Assembly: GCA_965205655.1 (NCBI GenBank)
Contig: CBDBIJ010000079.1
Location: 1 to 32,091 of the forward strand
From: Candidatus Latescibacterota bacterium
Lineage (GTDB): Bacteria > Latescibacterota > UBA2968 > UBA8231
Length of the DNA: 32,091 nucleotides
Direction of reading: 5' to 3'
A program made the translations under genes and the position numbers. The notes under the pieces are model-generated. The model did no database searches, was not told the DNA's origin, and saw only the letters and a list, made by a program, of their open reading frames with translations. This document shows, piece by piece, positions 27,670 through 32,091 of this stretch (within the stretch, counting starts at the first letter, position 1; every line of letters starts with the position of its first letter).

Positions 27670-28227
27670 ATGGGAATTCGCAAGTGGTTGGCTGATCGAA
27701 AGGATGACGACCTCCCGCTGGAGCTCTCTTTGAGCACCATGGAGGTGGGATTTCTCGTAGACTACGACCTGAAGACGTGGGAGGTCATTGGCCGCAACAC
27801 GTATGATTACGACGGGTCATCGGCGCTCGAGTGGGAGCTAAGAAGCGGCGAGGACGTTCGTTTTCTGGAGCGCTCCGAGGATGAAGGCGAAGTCGAATTG
27901 ACCTTCACCCGTCGCATTTCTCTCAGGGACGTGGATGAAGACGTTGCCGGGACAATCCTCGATAATGGGGACGCACCTGAGATCGCCAACTTCGAGGGGA
28001 GAGGGTACCTGGCGGTGGAGTCTGCGACGGGAATTCAGTTGAAGGAGGGAGGGGAGGGTCCGGACAACGACGAGGGCGAGGGGCGCGAGTTCGTGAGCTG
28101 GTGCTACGAAAGCGAAGAGGGACGCGTTCTGTTCGTCACGCAGTGGGGGGATCGAGACTTCACCGCCTACGAAGGCGAGCATGTGGAGGAGTATCAATTT
28201 ACCGATATCCTGCCCGGCCGGTCGTAG
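27670..28227 (+). CDS. DUF4178 domain protein (YjfK-like)
   Basis: VGFLVDYDLKTWEV...YDYD...EWEL...FLE...FVSWCYE...QWG, acidic. Context next to speE and DUF350. Confidence 0.75.
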   Translation: MGIRKWLADRKDDDLPLELSLSTMEVGFLVDYDLKTWEVIGRNTYDYDGSSALEWELRSGEDVRFLERSEDEGEVELTFTRRISLRDVDEDVAGTILDNGDAPEIANFEGRGYLAVESATGIQLKEGGEGPDNDEGEGREFVSWCYESEEGRVLFVTQWGDRDFTAYEGEHVEEYQFTDILPGRS

Positions 28228-28249
28228 GAGGACGGCTGGCGCCGTCCTC
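28228..28249 (+). other. Intra-operon stem-loop
   Basis: GAGGACGGC-TGGC-GCCGTCCTC, a perfect 9-bp stem right after the DUF4178 stop. Confidence 0.55.
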
Positions 28250-28274
28250 TTCCAATGGAGATGAGATAGTGCAC

Positions 28275-28994
28275 ATGTTTGCGATGTCTCGAACTGCGGC
28301 GGCAGTCCTCATCGTGGCTTCGGCGCTGCTGAGCTGCGGTCGCGGGCGCGATCCCGTGGAGCAGCTGAAGCGGGATTTCTATAGATACCCGGAATTCTCC
28401 CTCATCGTGGACGATCTGCGCGTCGAGGAGGGGTTCTTTCCCGACTACTTCATCCAGTTTCGGGCGCTCACCGCCAAGGGGCAGCGGGTCGCCGGCAGGG
28501 ACACCCTCGTGTACGAGGACCGAAAACTCGACTGGATGCAGGTGAGGGAAGAGGTATTCGGACGCTACCAGCACTATCTGGGAATGGTGGTGGCATCCAA
28601 GTCGCTCGACGGCGCCACGACAGGTGTCAGGCAGGCCCATCCTCCGGGCTATCAGCACGTCGGTAACTCTCAATATGGAAGCTGGGGCGGCGGCGGCTTC
28701 TGGCAGTTCTACGGCCAGTACGCCTTCATGAGCCACATGCTGGGAGGCCACCGCATCGGCCGTGATGACTACAACGGCTATCGAAGGTCTCATGACAGGG
28801 GGCGGCCCTATTTCGGGCCAACGAAGGGCGGTCGTTCGACCTTTGGCACGGCGGGTACGGTAACGCAAAAGACGCGTCCGGCGTTCGCGCAGCGGTACCG
28901 CCAGCGCCTGCGATCGCCGGGCCGCGGCTTCGGCACGCGAGGTCGCTCAGCGGGGAGTGGAAGATCCGGTTTCGGAAGGGGATTCGGGAAATGA
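28275..28994 (+). CDS. Hypothetical lipoprotein with a Gly/Arg-rich C-terminal tail (YjfM/YgiB analogue)
   Basis: Lipobox LLSC after a hydrophobic stretch, PPGYQHVGNSQYGSW...FWQFYGQYAFMS, and tail RGFGTRGRSAGSGRSGFGRGFGK. Start 28269, 28275 or 28284. Confidence 0.75.
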   Translation: MFAMSRTAAAVLIVASALLSCGRGRDPVEQLKRDFYRYPEFSLIVDDLRVEEGFFPDYFIQFRALTAKGQRVAGRDTLVYEDRKLDWMQVREEVFGRYQHYLGMVVASKSLDGATTGVRQAHPPGYQHVGNSQYGSWGGGGFWQFYGQYAFMSHMLGGHRIGRDDYNGYRRSHDRGRPYFGPTKGGRSTFGTAGTVTQKTRPAFAQRYRQRLRSPGRGFGTRGRSAGSGRSGFGRGFGK

Positions 28995-29018
28995 TCAAGT
29001 TGCGGAGGTACCAAGAGC

Positions 29019-29867
29019 ATGGATGAAATACAGATAACCTCCATGGCGAGGTCGGCCGTCTATCTGTTGGAGGCATTCGTCCTACTGTGGATCGCGAAGG
29101 TGGCCTACACGGGCGTGTACCGCCGAGTCAATCTGCGCCGGGAGATTTTCGAGCGGGGGAACAATGCGCTCGCCATTTCCACCGTCGGCTACCTTCTGGG
29201 CATCGTCATCGCTCTTGGGGGAGTGCTCACGGGGCCATCCTCCGGCTGGGAGGCGGACCTGAGCAGTATCGCTTTGTTCGGACTGCAGACCGTCGTGCTC
29301 ATGCTCATCGCCAGTTTTCTGTGCGAGAAAATTCTGCTGCCGAAATTCGACAACACGAAGGAAGTCGTCGAGGATCAGAACCTCGGGACCGCCTTCGTGG
29401 AAGCGGGAATGCATATCGCCAACGGACTTATTCTGCTCGCCATTCAACAAGGCTCCGGCGAGTGGTGGATTGCGCTCGTTTTCTGGGCCCTCGCTCAGGT
29501 CGCCCTCATTCTGGTGGGACTCCTCTACGAGGTCGCCACACCTCACAGCATCCACTCCGAGCTCGAGAATGACAATGCCGCGGTGGGACTGGCTTTCGGC
29601 GGTGTCCTTGTGGGGATGGGCAACATCGTCAGCATCGCCGTGGCCGGCGATTTTGTCGGCTGGACGTCGAGCCTCGTCCTCTTCGCCTCGGACGCCGTGT
29701 TCGGGCTCGTCGTCCTCTTCGTCATCAAGAAACTGACCGATGTCCTGCTGGCGCCCGGCGTCAGTCTGAGTCAGCAGCAGACGGAGGCGGATCCCAGCGT
29801 CGGTGCCGGATTGCTGGAGGCCTTCGGGTACATCGGTGGATCGATGCTGGTGGTGTGGGTGTTTTAG
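29019..29867 (+). CDS. Tandem DUF350 (YjfL-like) membrane protein
   Basis: About 8 TM segments. The E-I/L-x-x-x-N-x-A-x-G/A motif recurs ([50 protein letters not shown]). Confidence 0.85.
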   Translation: MDEIQITSMARSAVYLLEAFVLLWIAKVAYTGVYRRVNLRREIFERGNNALAISTVGYLLGIVIALGGVLTGPSSGWEADLSSIALFGLQTVVLMLIASFLCEKILLPKFDNTKEVVEDQNLGTAFVEAGMHIANGLILLAIQQGSGEWWIALVFWALAQVALILVGLLYEVATPHSIHSELENDNAAVGLAFGGVLVGMGNIVSIAVAGDFVGWTSSLVLFASDAVFGLVVLFVIKKLTDVLLAPGVSLSQQQTEADPSVGAGLLEAFGYIGGSMLVVWVF

Positions 29868-29868
29868 T

Positions 29869-30882
29869 GTGGTCGTTTGGCATCCACTGATCCGCCTCTG
29901 GCACCGGATCAGACGCCATTCCATCGTCTGGATCGCCGCCCTGGCACTGGCGTTGATCCTGCTATGTGGCCTTCTGTTCTCTCTTGTAGAGAATCGCGGC
30001 ATCTCGGACAGCATGTGGTGGGCCGTCGTTACGACGACGACGGTTGGCTACGGGGACCTCTACCCCGTCACGACTCAAGGTCGCGCCGTGGGCGTGGTGC
30101 TGATGGTGCTAGGCATCGGCGTGCTCGGCGGTTTCACGGCTGAGTTGGCGACGATCATAATCGAACACCGCTCCAAAAAGAGCAGGGGACTCATCAGGGT
30201 GAAGACAGAGGGACATATTCTCGTCTGCGGATGGAACGAGACCGGTGACGATCTGGTGAGGAATCTACTGGCCGACCGCCGGCGCCTATCCGTCGTCATA
30301 CTGGCCTCACTGGCGCAGGCACCTTTGGCCGACAGCCGGGTCGAGTTCGTTCACGGCTCGGTCTCCAAGGAAGGGCTGCAGCGTGCGGCCGCAAGCGCGG
30401 CCGAGTCGGCTGTCATTTTCGGCAATCAGCAGATCGAGGATCTGGCCGGGCGCGATGCGGCTACCTTGATCAGCGCCCTCACCGTGAGAGAATTCAATGC
30501 GGGAATCTACGTCTGCATTCAGCTGTTCGATTCGGGCAGCCTGTCTCACGCCGGGCTCTCGAAGGCAGATGAAGTCGTCGTCGTCGGTGCCCTCGCGGGA
30601 GGTCTCTTGAGCCGGGCCGTGCTCGACCACGGTAGCTCGAGGGCGATCTCCAGCCTCGTTCGCAACGAAGAGGCCTGTGAGATCTACCGCCTCACCGCAC
30701 CCGCCAGCTGGGAAGGCAAGCGTTTTGACGAGGCTCTGATCGCGGCGAAACGGGAGATGAACATCCTGCTCGTTGGCGTCGAGCCCGCCGGGGGCGAGCT
30801 CATCCTCAATCCCTCGGGCGAGTACGTCCTCACTTCTCAGGACATGATTGCCGTCATTGCGGAGGAGCGGCCCACTGTGTGA
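29869..30882 (+). CDS. Two-TM potassium channel with an RCK/TrkA domain
   Basis: Selectivity filter [29 protein letters not shown] and RCK-C LILNP. GTG start 1 nt after the DUF350 stop. Confidence 0.93.
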   Translation: MVVWHPLIRLWHRIRRHSIVWIAALALALILLCGLLFSLVENRGISDSMWWAVVTTTTVGYGDLYPVTTQGRAVGVVLMVLGIGVLGGFTAELATIIIEHRSKKSRGLIRVKTEGHILVCGWNETGDDLVRNLLADRRRLSVVILASLAQAPLADSRVEFVHGSVSKEGLQRAAASAAESAVIFGNQQIEDLAGRDAATLISALTVREFNAGIYVCIQLFDSGSLSHAGLSKADEVVVVGALAGGLLSRAVLDHGSSRAISSLVRNEEACEIYRLTAPASWEGKRFDEALIAAKREMNILLVGVEPAGGELILNPSGEYVLTSQDMIAVIAEERPTV

Positions 30883-30929
30883 GTGGGTGGGAGGGGTGAA
30901 GGGTCCGGCACGACTCCCTGAGCCAGGAC

Positions 30930-31274
30930 TCAGCCTGCCTTGACTTCGCTCGCGGTTGCCTCCATGTCGATCCAGTTCAGATAGGCGGCGCTGCCGCCCA
31001 GCACCGAAAACGCCTGAATTGCCGGCACTTCGTAGGTGTGCATTCTCGAGATTTCCCGCTCCACTGCCTCGTACAGTCCCGCTCTCGTCTTCACCACACA
31101 GCGCCACTCGCGCGCCGATTCGATCCGGCCCTTCCACCAGTAGGTGCTGCTGATCGGACCCTCTGTCTGGACGCAGGCAGCCAGTCGCTTCTCGACGAGA
31201 GTGCGGGCGATGCGTTCCGCCTCCTCCTCGTTGTCTGCGGTCGTAACGACCAGAATGAAATCGGCGCTGTTCAT
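30930..31274 (-). CDS. cutA: Divalent-cation tolerance protein CutA
   Basis: LVVTT...AERIARTLVEKRLAACV...SSTYWWKG...KT...HTYEVP...YLNWI. ATG overlaps the upstream TGA (ATGA). Confidence 0.95.
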   Translation of the reverse strand: MNSADFILVVTTADNEEEAERIARTLVEKRLAACVQTEGPISSTYWWKGRIESAREWRCVVKTRAGLYEAVEREISRMHTYEVPAIQAFSVLGGSAAYLNWIDMEATASEVKAG

Positions 31275-32091
31275 TTCAGCTGCTCCTGTGCGGTTATCGT
31301 CGTCTCCAAGAGGGGGCGATTTCTGCCGCGGCGAAGGCGCTGAACGATCAATGCGGGGCCGCCGATGACGACATAGGTGAGGTTGCATACAATGTGTACG
31401 ACGGTCGCACAGGCGAGTGCCGCAGCATGGGGCACAGTGTACAGCAGGTGTAGCGACCGGGCGAAGAGAAAGTGGTAGGTGCCGGTTCCTCCCGGGATCG
31501 GGGCGATGAAAGCCAACGACGAGATCGCCATGATCACGAGCGCTGCACTCGCGCCCAGCTCGAGAGGGGGGCGGTGGAAACCGAATGCAAGAAAAGACTC
31601 GTAGACGAGGAGGATATAGCCAATGTTGAGGATGATGGAACTGATGAGGATCTCCAGGTAGGCTGACGGAGTGTGAAGGGACGCGAGCCCGCGGATAAAT
31701 GTCTCCAGTAGATCGACCACCGCCGTCGCCAGTCGCGGGGAGAGACGTCTCAGCATGCGTTCTACCGTCACCAGGGCTCGCTGTCGGTACGCGGAGACGA
31801 GCACGAGGACGGCGAGCAGGATGAGGCAGAACACCGATGTGGCAAGCAGGGCGCCTTCCATCCACGAGTAGGTCTCCTGAATGCGAGTCCGTTGCAGGAA
31901 AATCGAGGCGCCAACCAGGCAGACGACCCAGATCAGGTCTATGATGCGCTCCACGACGACCGTTGCCAGAACTGAGCTTATGCTGGTGTCGCGGGCCCAT
32001 TTAAGGCTGACCGCCCGCAGAGCTTCGCCGGATCGCGGCAACACGAGGTTCGCCGTATAGCAGATGGCGAGGGCGATTGAGGCATCCCACA
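31271..32091 (-). CDS. Lysylphosphatidylglycerol synthase TM domain (UPF0104, flippase-like) protein, 5' end outside the window
   Basis: The frame is open to the window edge. ANLVLPRSGE, VVERIID and APIPGGTGTYH. Confidence 0.85.
   Translation of the reverse strand, partial: WDASIALAICYTANLVLPRSGEALRAVSLKWARDTSISSVLATVVVERIIDLIWVVCLVGASIFLQRTRIQETYSWMEGALLATSVFCLILLAVLVLVSAYRQRALVTVERMLRRLSPRLATAVVDLLETFIRGLASLHTPSAYLEILISSIILNIGYILLVYESFLAFGFHRPPLELGASAALVIMAISSLAFIAPIPGGTGTYHFLFARSLHLLYTVPHAAALACATVVHIVCNLTYVVIGGPALIVQRLRRGRNRPLLETTITAQEQLK

Noticed and set aside
29082..31137. Long minus-strand ORFs (310 aa and 276 aa)
   Set aside because: Antisense shadows of the DUF350 and K+ channel genes with no recognisable domains.
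31275..32000. Apparent long N-terminal extension or fusion on CutA (356-aa ORF)
   Set aside because: It is an off-frame reading of the LPG-synthase-TM gene. CutA starts at ATG 31274 with an ATGA overlap.
1..32091. Mobile element, prophage, defence island, tRNA or rRNA
   Set aside because: I recognised no integrase, transposase, phage, nuclease or structural RNA signature, and saw no obvious compositional break.

Overview
This is a GC-rich, gene-dense bacterial chromosomal segment. The gene style suggests an uncultured diderm lineage such as Latescibacterota, but that is an impression only. I found no rRNA, tRNA, CRISPR array, integrase or transposase. Left part: hemE coupled to a 940-aa GH-like hypothetical protein, a divergent HI0933 flavoprotein, mocA-xdhC, an ECF sigma / ZAS anti-sigma / Spy-like trio, a methyltransferase, HDAC and NUDIX. 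Four consecutive genes (6.8-9.0 kb) each carry one frameshift. Middle part: a FlhG/MinD-like ATPase, a degenerate GT9, an orphan E2 acyltransferase, a methyltransferase, ftsH behind a long leader, two gene remnants missing from the ORF track (RidA-like, sugar-phosphate-isomerase-like), MFS, SDR and an M20/M42-type peptidase. The most interesting element is a nine-gene cluster at 22.8-30.9 kb: J-domain protein, CesT/YbjN-like protein, PspA/IM30 (bacterial ESCRT-III), Tat-exported flavoprotein, membrane-bound spermidine synthase, DUF4178, Gly/Arg-tailed lipoprotein, tandem DUF350 and a K+ channel. It looks like a polyamine-linked membrane-stress system with its own co-chaperone. The window ends with cutA and a partial LPG-synthase-TM (flippase-like) gene. 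All family calls come from motif recognition, not database searches.
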